Assembly: GCA_965112735.1 (NCBI GenBank)
Contig: OZ218950.1
Location: forward strand, 4,278,001-4,342,000
Length of the DNA stretch: 64,000 nt
Source of the DNA: Phaeosaccion multiseriatum
Taxonomy: Eukaryota; Protista; Ochrophyta, other classes
Reading direction: 5' to 3'
The notes beneath the pieces were generated by a model. That model was not told the DNA's origin. It searched no databases and worked only from the letters and a program-made list of their open reading frames with translations. Numbering within the stretch: position 1 is the first letter of the stretch; every line of letters begins with the position of its first letter. The translations under genes and the position numbers were made by a program. Positions 1 to 12,732 of the stretch are shown piece after piece.

Positions 1-2404
1 GGGCAGCCAAGTCGGCCTTGCTACCGCTGGGAGCAGCAGGGGTCGGAGCAGGGGCCGGAGCAGGAGCCGGAGCAGGGGCAGCTTCCAGCTTTTCTAATCG
101 CTCAAAGATGTTGGAGAGCGACCTGTCCACGTATTTTCCAATCACGTCCACCTCCAGATTCACCTGCCAAGGGAGAGGGACGGAGGGAGGGAGGGCGGTA
201 CATATCCACATCCATCAGTAGCCGTTGCGTGCACAGCACAGCACCACAGAGTAACGATGCGTGAGAAGCAGACACATCAAACAGGGAGGGAAAACAAGCC
301 ACGGAGGCTGCAGCAACTCAGAACAAGCCACAGAAGCAGCAGCAACTAAGAAGGCTTGGGGAGGGAGAGCTCGGGCGTGGCCCTGCCCCCCTATCCCCTA
401 CCGTGGCAGCGAGTATATGTATGCTGTAGCTCATGACTACAGCGGTGCGACTCTCTCACCTTGTCTCCCACCCCCTTCAGCGGAAGGATGATGTGCTGCT
501 GCGTGTATGCAATGAGCATGAAGGTAAACCACTTCTCCTCGGTATTGACTTCGCAAACAGTCAGGGATGTACCGTCCACTATGGGCAGCAGCAGCAGCCG
601 CAGCAACAGGAGGGGCGAGGAGGAGGAGGAGGAGGAGGAGGAGGAGGAGGATGAGCAAGGGCACGAGCGGCAGGGATAACGAGACAACCTACAGAGTGGG
701 AGAGCGAAAGAGAGAGAGAGAGGGGGGGTGGGGTAGGGGAAAGGAGAAGGACACGAGATTGTGCAAGGAAGAAGACCACCCTCCTCTGCTCTGTGCAGGA
801 TGTGTCAAGACAAGAACCAGCACACAGTGCACGACCAGAGTTGGCCACTTGTGTGACTGCTTCGTTCTTTTGCCGTTGCCACACCTTCCCTGGCTGGGCC
901 TCATTTCTTCCCCCCGCTCGGGAGGTAGGTAGGTAGACATGCAGGCAAGTACGTAGTTAGATAGATAGGTAGGAAAGAAGGGAGGGAGGTAGGTAGGTAG
1001 GTAGGTAGGTAGGTAGGTAGGAAAGTAGGTAGGAAAGAAGGCAGGTAGACTGGCGACAAGAAGAGCTTGGGGGGAAGGGCAGTGGTCTCCTTGGTCTTTC
1101 CCCTCTGTTGCGAGCGTGCGTAAACACCCCACCGCACCTGCTATGAAGCCCTTGGGCACAATGTAGCGGAGCAGATCTGATGGGGCGCTCACTTTGACCC
1201 ACAAGCTGTCTTTGTCCTTCCACGTCTCCTTGATAGTGCCTACTTGATCAACGTGACCTTGCACCATGTGGCCGCTGTTCCGCTGTCGGTGGCGAGCGCG
1301 AGGAAGGAGGGAAATAAAAGGAAAATTACGTAAGAGAGTCACACTCGGAGATGGGAACGCGACGAAAGTCGGGGCGGGGAGTCACGGGGTGAATAGGCCA
1401 CGAACGGGTGATGGAATGCGACAGGGCAGGAGTGGCGAGGGCAGTGAAATGCAAGACGAAATCCAGCCCTTTAGCGTCTGTGTTCGATTGGGCTTAGTGC
1501 GCCTCCACTCACCCCGTCCACGGGAAGAGCTCGCTCCAAATTCAGCTTCTGACCCGTTTGCAGCAACCCCAAATTCGTCAATCGTAGAGTCTGATGGCAT
1601 GAACAGAGACCAAAAGGAAGAGGGGGACGGGGGCAGGCCCCAGGCAGGCAGGTAGACACACAGACACAGAAAAGGGGCAGGCAGGGGAAGCGGGAAAAGG
1701 GCAGCGAGTAAGGGCAGCAAGCAAATAGAAGGGCAGGAGCGTCCAGTCATCCGACGAAAAGGGGAAAAAGAGAGGGAGGGGGGTGGATCAGGGGCAGCAT
1801 GAGGACACAGAGATAGGCAAAGTGCAGCGCAGAGAGAAGGCATCTGATCCCAATCCCTGCGTCCTTCGTTCCGTCTTGGCCTTTGCCATCCTCACTCGCT
1901 CACCTCAGGGGCAAGGCCCACTTTGAAGCTCGTCTCATCGAACTCTGTGACTGTGAGGCACACCCCATTACAGGAGATGCTACAACCCTGTTTCGGTCAT
2001 TCGTCGAGGAGGAGGGGAGATAAGTGCAGCAGGCCGTCAGTCAGTCAGTCAGTCAGTCAGTCAGAAAAAAAACATGTCCGGCAGTTCATGATGTGAAGAA
2101 AGGAGACAAATGCGAGGAAAGTGAAGAAAACAAGTGGCGGGTCGGCATCGCCCGTACACGGGCCAAACTGAGCAGGAATGAGCATGTAGAGTCCTCGGGG
2201 ATGAAGCCCCCCCCGCCCTCTCCTCCTCCTCCTCCTCCTCCTGCTGCTGCTGCTCACATCATAGGCCCCCTGCAGCGCGGTGTCTGCCTTGATCTGCAGC
2301 GTGGTGCCCCTACCCGTGGACCCATCCCAGAGCTTCATCTCTTCGTCTGTCTCCAGCGCCTGCACCACCCCCATCTCCTCCACGATGCCACTGAACATCA
2401 TGCG
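1..2404 (-). CDS. RIB5: Riboflavin synthase (alpha chain), multi-exon. The 3' end runs off the left edge of the window, and the N-terminal presequence exon (probably ~2440-2850) is unresolved.
   Basis: Spliced exons read MFSGIVEEMG (~2400-2257), CSISCNGVCLTVTEF..KVGLAPE (~1990-1903), TLRLTNLG..KLNLERAL (1590-1513), RNSGHMVQGHVD..IVPKGFIA (1282-1138), VDGTSLTV..MLIAYTQQH (578-460) and VNLEVDVIGKYV (163-1). These are canonical riboflavin synthase motifs. GT-AG junctions are in consistent phase. Confidence 0.95.
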
Positions 2405-3465
2405 GCAGACCCTGCTGCTCCTGCTGCGGCTGCTTCTTCTCCAAGCGAGTGAGAAGAGGAAGGAGAAGGACGAGAGGGAAGGAAGGAGAGGAACGTGTCA
2501 TTCCAAGGGAGACAGACATCCATGACCACCTAGTCCCTATCGATATTTTAATTAAAAAGAAGACGAAAGTGAGTAGAGAAGAGGGCTTTCATCGGACCTG
2601 CTGTGCCTGTCGTCTCCGCTTCTTTGCCTCCTCCTAAGCCCCCCCCCCCCTCCTCTCCCACGCCCACTAGAAGGGCGGAGCATGTCCGCACATGTCTTGC
2701 CGCGGATCGCCGTCGATGACCATCCTGCGGTGAAGCTGAGCACCAAACCTGAAAGCAGAAGGTGGCAGAGGAGTTGAAAAGGAAAGCCTTTCTGGGGGGG
2801 GGGCAGACTGAAAGAGAGACCCACGCTCAACCAACCACTGCAACAGAAACATGTATTGCTACTTTCTCCTCGACCAGATCCCATTCACAAGTCTCCATGC
2901 CTGAGTGAGCCACGCAACACTGTCGTCCCTATTGCCCTCTGTTCACTCTTCTCCCGCCCGCTTACGCGCTCATACCCGGAGAAGCAGCCACCGCGAGAAC
3001 CACAAGAAGGAAGAGCTCGCGCGATAGACAAGGCATCTCCCTCCACTACCGGCAGCAGCAGCAAGAGCGCGGCGTCTTTATTACAGATAGTAGGGACACA
3101 CACAAAAGTAATGGTTGCCACACTTGCCCACTTGCCAGGCGATCGGCGATAGATAGACCCACCCGATGGGGCTCTGTAGGTGTTGGTGCTCGTCGGCTCA
3201 CAGAATCGTCGTGCTTCCCGCCTCGGCGAGGAGAGATGTTCAAAGTATAAAAAGATCCAAGAGGCAGAAGCTAACGAGGGAGGAGGAGAAGAATGAGAAA
3301 CGTGTGATGAGGGAGTGACGCGAAGTGGGGGCTAAGAGACGTTTGCCGGCTGTTTTTTGGGAGGGAGGGAGCGAGAAAATGCCAACGACCTTTCCCATGG
3401 GTCTCCCTGCGTCGCAGGAACAGCACAACAGCACACAACCTACTACGCGCGTGTGAGGGGCTTGG

Positions 3466-5833
3466 ATGGAAAGCGAGGATGACGACTTCGACGAGGCGTG
3501 TTTGGCGGCCTTGGACGATGTGGAGAACAGATACACAGCGGCGAAGGAGACCAAAGCTGGCGGGAAGGGGCTGTCAGGGGTGGTGGGGGATGTCGCTCCC
3601 GCGCCAGCAGACAGGGAGGGGCGAAGCCGTCCGTCTCAGGACAGTGTGGTGTGCGAAGCATCTGAGCCTGTAGTCGGGGCGTCGAAGGAGGCCAGTGGAA
3701 GAGGGGGGGTGGGACAGAGGGTTGCCATCGAGGACAAGGGACAGCACCAGCAGCAGCAGCCGCAGCAGCAGCAAGCCGTTGTTGACGAGCCCCCCGCATT
3801 GCCCCAAGAGGATGGTGAGAGCTACGAACACGAGGACGACGACGAATATGACTTGGCCTTCCTTGCTGCTCTGGACCAGGCTGAGAGGGATCAGCGTTAC
3901 CGGCAGACTCGCCAGGGACCTCCTGTGCCCACAACAAGAAGAGTGGTGCAGGGGCTTACGAGGGACGATGGGGTGGATGGTGGATGTGCTTCCTCTGAGA
4001 GGGGAACAGCAGCAGCAGTACCAGCATTGGCGAGGCCTCTGCCGACTAAGGAGCACACGTCCAATCCCACACCACTCCCGCCATCCGTATCACGTCCGGG
4101 TCATCATCATCAGCAGCAGCAGCAGCAGCAACAGGGGGGGGGTCTTCCTCCGCATGGACGCGCACGCTCCCTATGCTCTACCAAGAGTGGCCGTGCGCAG
4201 CAACAGCAGCAGCAGCAGCGCCAACACCATCCCCCACAGGGCCGTCCTCAGCAGCAACAACAGCAACAGCAACACCAGCTGCACCAGCTGCAGCAAGGCA
4301 AACAAAACATCGACCCTTGTTGGAAGTGTGGCCAGGCTATGGTGCAGGCAAGTACTTCCTCCTGGGGGCGGGGAAGGGTAAGGGGAGGAGCGATCTTTCA
4401 ATGCACCTCAAAGCCATGGTGCAGCGGGGAGCGCAGGACCGCTCGAGGAGGTGACGCCGTCCTCGAGTTCGTGCTGATGGAGGAGGAGGAGGAGGAGGAG
4501 GAGAGGGAGGAAGGAGGGGATGAGGAGGAGGAAGGAGGGGAGGAGGAGGAGAAGGAGGACGAGGAGGAGGAGGCAAAGGCAGGGAGGGGGGAGGCCACTT
4601 CTCCACTTCTAAAGAGCAGCAACAGCAGGAGGAGGAGCAATCGCAAGAGGAGCAATAAAGGGGATTCCGGTGGCCCTCTTGCCGCTGCTTCCGAAGACGA
4701 CGAGAGGCATTCCAATGACGGCCTCACCAGCATCAGCAGCATCAGCAGGCGCCTGAAGAGCGTGGTCATGGTGGTTGTGCTTCGCAACAGAGGCATCAAC
4801 AGGGACAGCCAGCGGCTGGGACACGACCAAGCCCCCTCCAGTAGTAGCAGCATCGGCGCTGCAGCGACCCCAACAACGACCGCATCCTCCTTCTCCTCCT
4901 CCTCCTCCTCCTCCTCCTCCTCCTCCTCCTCGGCCCCCTCTTTGGTCGATGTGGCGCGCCGTCTTCTCTCCGAGGCAATCGGCCGTCCAGCGGGGGGCCT
5001 CTTGGGGGGCTCATCTCCATGCCCATCTCAAACTCAAGCAACTGGTGTCAGGCTCTCTGTCGGGCTCTCTGGGCTACCTGGAACTGGAGTGGATGTGAGG
5101 GGGGTCGAGGGTGGCGCAGAGGCCGGTGGGGACAATCGCCGCAGTCGTATGGGCAGAAGCAGTCAGGAAGGTGCCTCTCTGGCTCCATCTTCTTCTTCGC
5201 CATCCACCGATGCCACCAAATTCGGGTGAGTGAGTGAGTGGGTGGGTGAGGTGGAGGAGATGGCTGCAAAGAGGCATCAGGTAGCTACCTGGAACAGCTG
5301 TACTCCCTGCCTTTGGCGTAAGGGGGGGGAGTTCATAACTCGACAGTACCCTCCAATACCCTCCTCCTCCTCCTCCCCCTCCTCGTCCTCCTCCTCCCGC
5401 TGCTCCTACCCCTCCTTCTCCTCATGCTCCTCCTCCTCCTCCTCCTGCTGCTGCTCCCCCTCCTCCTGCTCCTTCTGCTCTCCTCCTGCTCCTCCTCCTG
5501 CTCCTCCTCCTCCTGCTCCACAGCTCTCCCCACGCTGGGCAGCAGACGGGCACTATCGCTGTCTTGCCCAGTGGCTGTGTGCTCCCTTTCCGGGCCAAGA
5601 TCGAAAGAGCAGCCGAAGACCTAGGGTGGGAGGTACGCTGGCCTCCTGAGCACACCATCCACTGGCTCACGAAGGTGGGTAGGGCACAGGGCACAGGGTA
5701 GAGGCATGTGGACAGGGTACGGCACAGGTACTGCGGAAGGACACATGCACAAACACGCACACACACACGCACAAACACTGGCCCGCACAGGCATTGACAT
5801 GCACGCGCACACACGCTCGCACACACACACACA

Positions 5834-5876
<43 letters not shown>

Positions 5877-6405
5877 GCACACGGACGGAAATATGGGAGG
5901 ATGACGTCTATCCCGTTCACAATGCGATGACGCGGGGACGCCGTCGCGTGTCCATACAATGATGAGCCCAATGAAGCGGAGCGGAGGTATTGACGCCCCC
6001 CCCTTCCTCTCCTCGCCCCCCTGCTGTGCCGCATCACCAACTGCTGTGCCAACACGCCTGCAGGACCCCTCCCTCATGACGAGCATGGCCCCCGTGGACG
6101 AAGGGCTGTGGAAGATCCCCAGAGCCCTCCGCGACACCCTCCTGCCCTTCCAGGTAGGCAGGTGTAGGCTTAGCATCGGCGGAGGTCTTTTCCATGTATA
6201 CCATCCATTGCCATCCCACCATTGTCATCCCATCCACTGCCCAATTCCCGTCCCATTCATTGCCATCCCATCCACTGCCGTCCCATCCATTGCCATCCCC
6301 CTCTCGCAGCTGGACGGAGTGGCGTACGGGCTGCAGCGGGAGGGGCGCATCCTTATCGCCGATGAGATGGGAACAGGTGCGCTGCGGTGCAGGTTGTTGT
6401 TGGTC

Positions 6406-6467
<62 letters not shown>

Positions 6468-9400
6468 GGTGTTGTTGTTGTTGGTGTTGTTGTTGTTGTA
6501 ATGTTGTTGTGGCGCTGTAGTTGTGGTGTTTTGTTGTGTTGTTGTTGTGGTGTTGCGGTGGTGTAGTAGTGGTGTTGTTGCGGTGGTGTAGTAGTGGTGT
6601 TGTTGCGGTGGTGTAGTAGTGGTGTTGTTGTGGTGCTGTAGTTGTAGTGCCGTGCGGTGCGGTGCGGCACGTTGCGGGGTGGAGCGAGCCACAGGAGGAG
6701 GAGTTATGTGCGTGTGTGTGTTTGTGCGTGTATATATATGCGTGTTTGCATGTATGTGTCTTTATATATGTAGGTATGTGTATTTGCAGTACCGGACATC
6801 GCTCCCCTCTGCTGCCGGTATGTCATGCCATTCAACCCCTTTCCCTCCACCCCCCCCCCTGCTCTGCCCCATGGCCCCCTGCTCTCCCCCATGGCCCCCT
6901 GCCCTACCCTGCCCCGGCCCTGTCCCAGGCAAGACGATCCAGGCGCTCGCCCTTGCGTCTTGCTACATGGAGGACTGGCCCCTGCTCGTCATCGCCCCTG
7001 CCAGTGTGCGGCTCATGTGGGCCGAGGGTGAGTGAGGGCGTGCGTGCGTGTGTGTGGGTGCGTGCGTGGGTGCGTGCGTGCGTGTGCATGCGTGGGCGCG
7101 TGCGGGGGACGAGGAAACACACACACCGTGTTAATGAAGTTTCCTCTTTGGTTGCTCTTTCCTGGTACCCCCATCCGCCATCCATCTGTCCACTGTGGTT
7201 ATCACTGGCTGTCACTGGCTGTCTACTGTCATCTGGCTGTCCACTGCCATCCGGCTGTCTGTCCACCACCACCCTCGGGCGGTCACAGAGGTGGAGCGCT
7301 GCTACCCCTTTCTCGCCCCTGCCGACGTGCATCTCATTCAGGTAAGTGAGTGAATTGCTTGCTCTGGAGCCAAGTCGCTCCGGTGGGGGACAAGGGTGGG
7401 ATGGGAGTACATCTGTCTGTCTGTCTGGCTGCCTGCCTGGCTGTGTGTCTGTCTGCCTTCCTGCCTGGTGGCTCTCTGTGTGTCTGTTCGGCTGGCTCAT
7501 CTGACTTAGCTCCCACCCATGAAGTAGCAATGGCTGTGTGGCTCCAACCCAGTGAGAGCATAAGACGGGTCTTCCATAACCGGTGTGGCTCCTCTGGCAT
7601 GCCCATCCGCAATGCGCGTCTCTGCTGCTGTATCACCAACTGCTGTCTTCCCCGCTTCCTCATCTCGTCTGACAAAAGGGAGGCGCGGACAAGCTGTACG
7701 CGGAGGCTTCGTACAGCAGACCGAGAGTAACCATCACGAGGTAGAGTGGCATGAGTGCACCGAGAAAGCAAGCACCTGAAGCAAGCACCTTCCTCACCTT
7801 CCTTTTCGGGGGGAACTTACAGCCTCAACCACCTCGCCCGCCTCCCTCCTCTCTCCTTCCGCGCCTTTTTCGAATCTGACCCCATCTGACCCGATCTGAC
7901 CCGATCTGACCCCATCTGACCCCCCCCCCCCCTCCGTCCTGTTTGTTCCCTTCTATTCTTGAAAAGTCCCCAGATGCTTCTCCGCCTGCGCCAGTCGTTA
8001 GGGTCGTGGAAGTGGGGTGCGGTGATTGTGGATGAGGCCCACTTTCTCACGTGTAGCGTGGGCCCCAAGCAACCTGGCTGCGTGAGTGTGTGTCTGAGCC
8101 TGCTCAAGAGGGCCACTCGGCGTATTCTGTTGACCGGCACGCCATCGATGAGTATGCCTTTTGGGATGTACACACAGGTGAGTGAGGAGGAGGGGAGGAG
8201 GGGAGATAGAGTTATAGGGAGAAGAGAGAGAAGAGGCGATAGGTTGTTGGAGGGGGAGGGGGCTTGGGCCGAGCCTTCACGTGAACTCCAAGCCACACAG
8301 CACTACTCACTCACTTGCTTCCCCCCTGGAACCCCTCGAATAACCAACCCCCCCACTTCAGCTCGTTGCCCTGCAGAGCGGATCCGAGGCGGTGGTGGGG
8401 AGCAAGTACGACTTCGCTAGCCAGTACTGCGGAGGGACCAAGATTCGGTGAGGAGAGATACCGTCCTGTCCTGACACTCCCATCCACCATCGTATCCTAT
8501 CCTATCCTCACGTAATTGCCCTTTACCACTATACGTACATCATAATTTTATTTTATGTGCCACCCTTTCGCATGACGTTACATGGCTCTCCCTCGCCCTC
8601 TCCCTCTACCCCTCTGTTCCTCTCCCTCTTCCTTCCCATGGCATTAAAGGGTACACGGCCGCGGAGGGGAGGATCGGACTGTGGCTCGCTGCGGAGGATG
8701 CGCGTACGGGGACGAGCTTCATGCAGTGCTCAAGAGAAGCGTGATGGTCAGGAGACTCAAGAAGGACATCTGCAGGTAAGGAGGAGCAGGAGGAGGGGGG
8801 GAGGCAGAGAGGGAGGAGGAGGCAGCAGAGGGTGAGGAAGTGGTGGTGGAGGGCAAGGAGGGTGAGGAGAAGGAAGAGGAGGAGGAGGAGGAGGAGGAGG
8901 AGGAGGAGGAGGAGGAGGAGGAGGAGGAGGAGGAGGAGGAGGAGGGAGGAGGGAGATTCCCTCCTCATGTCTGGAGTCCGCGTGTACGCAAGTAGCACGG
9001 AAGAATCCTTCCACGTTGCCTGCCTTCTGATTGACTTTACTCTATTTTCCGTCGGTATCTCTGTCTGAATGTCTTTGTCTCTGTCGACTCTCCCACATCA
9101 GGCAATTGCCCCCGCTTCGACGCACCGTGGTGAGAGTAGCAGAGGACAACGCGTGGATAGAGAGGCTGGCGGCTGAGGGGGGGGCACGCCGGAGCAGGAG
9201 CAGAGGAAAGCAGCGGAGAGGAGGAGGAGGAGGAGGAGGAGAAGGAGGAGGAGGAGAAGGAGGAGGAGGAGAGGGAGGAGGAGGAGGAGGAGGAGGAGGA
9301 GAGGGAGGCGAGGAGGGCGGGGGTGTGGATGATGTATCTGAGATGCGGGAGATGCGTGTACGTGGTCTACGCAAGGTGTCAGGCACTGTGGAGTGGCTCC

Positions 9401-11209
9401 GAGATCAGCTCCAGGCTAGCGAGGCCACACAGACCAAGTTCGTTGTGTTTGCCCATCATAAGGACGTCATGGATGCGGTGCACCAGGTAAGGTGCAGGGG
9501 GTGGCAGTGGATGGAGAGGGGATGGGTACCAGATGGAAAGGGGATGGCGGTGGATGGCGAGGAGGTGGGCAGTGGATGGAAAGAGGGTGGCAGATTCAAG
9601 ACGTCGGTAAAAGGGTGCAGGTAGATAAGAGTAAGGTTCGTATCACACGGGGTTGGCTCCTCTCTCTCTTTGTCTCTGTGGCTGGAGCAAACAACAAGAC
9701 TAGAGGTCAATTGGCCTTGACCTTCTCCCCACCCACTTCATCCTCCTCACCCTCCTCACCCTTGTTCGTTGTTCCCCCATCCCAACCCCGACCCCTTCGA
9801 TTGTCCTCTCATCAACCACAAACCAAACCCACGACAGGCTCTCGGCAGGGAGCAAGGAGGAGCCATCACCACCACTTCCTCCTCCTCCTCCTCCTCCTCC
9901 TCCTCCTCCTCCTCCTCCTCCTCCTCCTTGAGTGCTCCCTCCTGGGCTACCCTGCGCATCGACGGAGGGGTGGCTGCGAGCGAGCGAGAGGCCCTGCAGG
10001 AACGATTTAGGATGGAGGACAGATGCAGAGTGCTGCTCGTGTCTGTCACGGCGGGGGGGCAGGTGAGTTGGGCGTACAGGCAGGCATATGGGCAAGGGGC
10101 AGGCATACGGGTAGGCAGCAGGTGCATGGGCAGGAAGGCAGGCATAGGCGGGTAGGAGGCGAGCATATGGGCAGGAAGGCAGGCAGCCCATACACTGCCA
10201 TTTACGTATTTCTCACCCTCCTTCCTCCCTCCTTCCTACCTACCGTCCTACGATATTACAATGGATCGCTAGGGCATCAACCTCTGTGTGGCGTCTGTGG
10301 CCGTATTCGTGGAGCTTCCCCCAATGGCAGGCTGGCTGCGGCAAGCGGAAGACAGGCTTCATCGGAGGTGAGGATTTGAGGAGGGTGAGGAGGAGCGTAG
10401 GGAGGAGGGGAGGACATAAAAGGGGCACAGGCAAACAGCAGAGGACGCAAAGGGTGACGGCGGAGTTGGATGAATGAATGGATGAATGAGGCATGTCATG
10501 CCATCGGGTTTCTTCGATCCGATCGCTCTCTCCCTCCTCTCCTTCTGGCTTACTGAACTGAACTGTCTCTCTGATTCACTGACTTGCTGACTAACAGGGG
10601 TCAGAGGAGTCCCGTGAACGTATATTTTCTGGTGGGCATGAACGACGAGGAGCAGTGGAGGTCCATCACAAGGAAGATCGCTCTCTTGTCGGGGGCTTTG
10701 AACAGCAGCAAGAAGGGCGAGCAAATGCGCGTTCACGGCCATCGAGCCATCGGGGAGGTCGAAGGTTGGGAGGAGCGGAGGGAGAGGATGGGGGAAAGGA
10801 GGAGGAGGAGGGTGAGGAAGAGGATGAGAAGAGAGAAGGGAGGTGAAGGCGAAAGTGAAAGTGGAACAAAAGCCCCCCGTCGTGGAGCGCGGGGGGGGCT
10901 AGTCATAGATGACGACGACGACGACGAGGAGGAGGAGAGAGAGAGCGACGAAGAGGATGAGAAGGTGTGGGGCGTCCGTGGCGCAGGGGTAAGTCAAGAG
11001 AGTCAGGAGGGCGGAGGGGGAGGGGGAGGGCGAAAGTGGGGTTACGAGGAGGAGGGGGCCGACTGCAGTCGAGATGATGCGGAGACGAAGGCAGAGGCGG
11101 CGAGGCTCTATTTTTGTGTCAGCAAGCATACAGGCAGAGTGCACTTGTTTAGGAAAAACGGCGGTGGAGGCAGCGATAGCAGCGAGGGAGACGACGGCGA
11201 AGGTTCCGC

Positions 11210-11260
<51 letters not shown>

Positions 11261-12167
11261 GGAGGAGGAGAAGGGTGAGGAGGATGAGGAGGATAAGGAG
11301 GGTCCCGAGGAGGAGGAGGAGGAGGAGGAGGAGGGGAATGAGGGAATAGGAAGAAAGGGGGGTGCAGGGAGACGAAACGGCCATGCCATAAGGCGGATGA
11401 GCGACGCACAGAGACAGACACAAGGACGGAGACGGAGCAGCACCGAGGACCACTCACAAGGCAGCAGGGAAGGAAGTGGGGGTGGGGCGCTCTCGTGGAT
11501 GGAACGCTTTCGCTTCGACAAGGTAGACACAGGCTCAGCAGCACCAGCAGCAGAAGCAGCAGTGGTGGCGGCGGTGGCGGCGAGGAAGGACGGCGCTGCT
11601 GTATCACCAACTGCTGCTACTGCTGCTGCTGCCGTCCAGCGGGAGCGCGGGCAAGCTAGCGGGGGGGGGGGGCTGCCTCACGGCTCAAGTGATGGTGGAG
11701 AAGGAAGGGATGGTAGTGGATGTGACGGTGTGGCGGCGGCTTTGGCCAGCGGAATCGAAGAGAGCGGAAGCCAAGAGAGCATGCTTATTGATTGCGACTG
11801 CACCGACACCGAAGTAGAAGTGGAGGAAGAGGAGGAAGAGAAAGAGGAAGGGGAGGAGCACGAGGAGAAGCGAGAGAAGAAGGAGCAAGACAACACGAAG
11901 GAGGGAAGGGTAGGGCCTGCACACACACACTCCTTGGAGGTGATGGAGCAGTCCCCCGACCCCGACCCCGACCCACCTGGTCGACCACCTTGTCCTTCGT
12001 CGAGCGCCGAGCAGGGCTTGGGCTTGGGGCTAGAGACGGAGACGGCCTATGAAGGCTCTTACGAAGGCTCTTATGAAGGCTCTTATGAGGGCTCGTGTTG
12101 CTTGGCGCATCAAGACTCTTGTGTAGAGCAGGAAAATTGCCGACCCCTCTTTGGGAAGGATCCAGGC

Positions 12168-12202
<35 letters not shown>

Positions 12203-12698
12203 AGGCAAGAAGAAACGGCAGCAAGAGAGTGAAGAGGGTCCTAGTGCTGCACGGGAGGCGACCGGAAAGGGTTGTAAGGTGAACAAGAAGAGGAGGAGGA
12301 GGGAGAGGGAGCGGCTCGACGAGGAGGGGGCCGAGCCCAAGCTCATGCAGCAGCAGTTGGTGATACAGCAGCGGCAGGGGAGTCAGGTGGAGGGGGGTAC
12401 TGAAACTGAGGCGGAAGGAGGGGCATCTGCCGAGCTGGACGAGTGGGATGGTCTCCTCCTGACTCCGACACCTCCCCGATTCGAGCACCAAACGGTAAGT
12501 GGAAGGGGAAGGGGAAGAGGGGCAGGGAAGGCGAAGAGTATGGGCATGGGCAAGCGTAAGGGCAAGGTGCCGATGTTGTTGGACTATTAGTGGTACAAGA
12601 CGTCACAGTTGGCATCTGACGCTTTGGCGTTAAGCCGTAACGACGCCACCCTCCTCGAAACGCCCTTCCTTCCTTCTTCCTTATTCTTCCTTGTTGTT

Positions 12699-12732
<34 letters not shown>

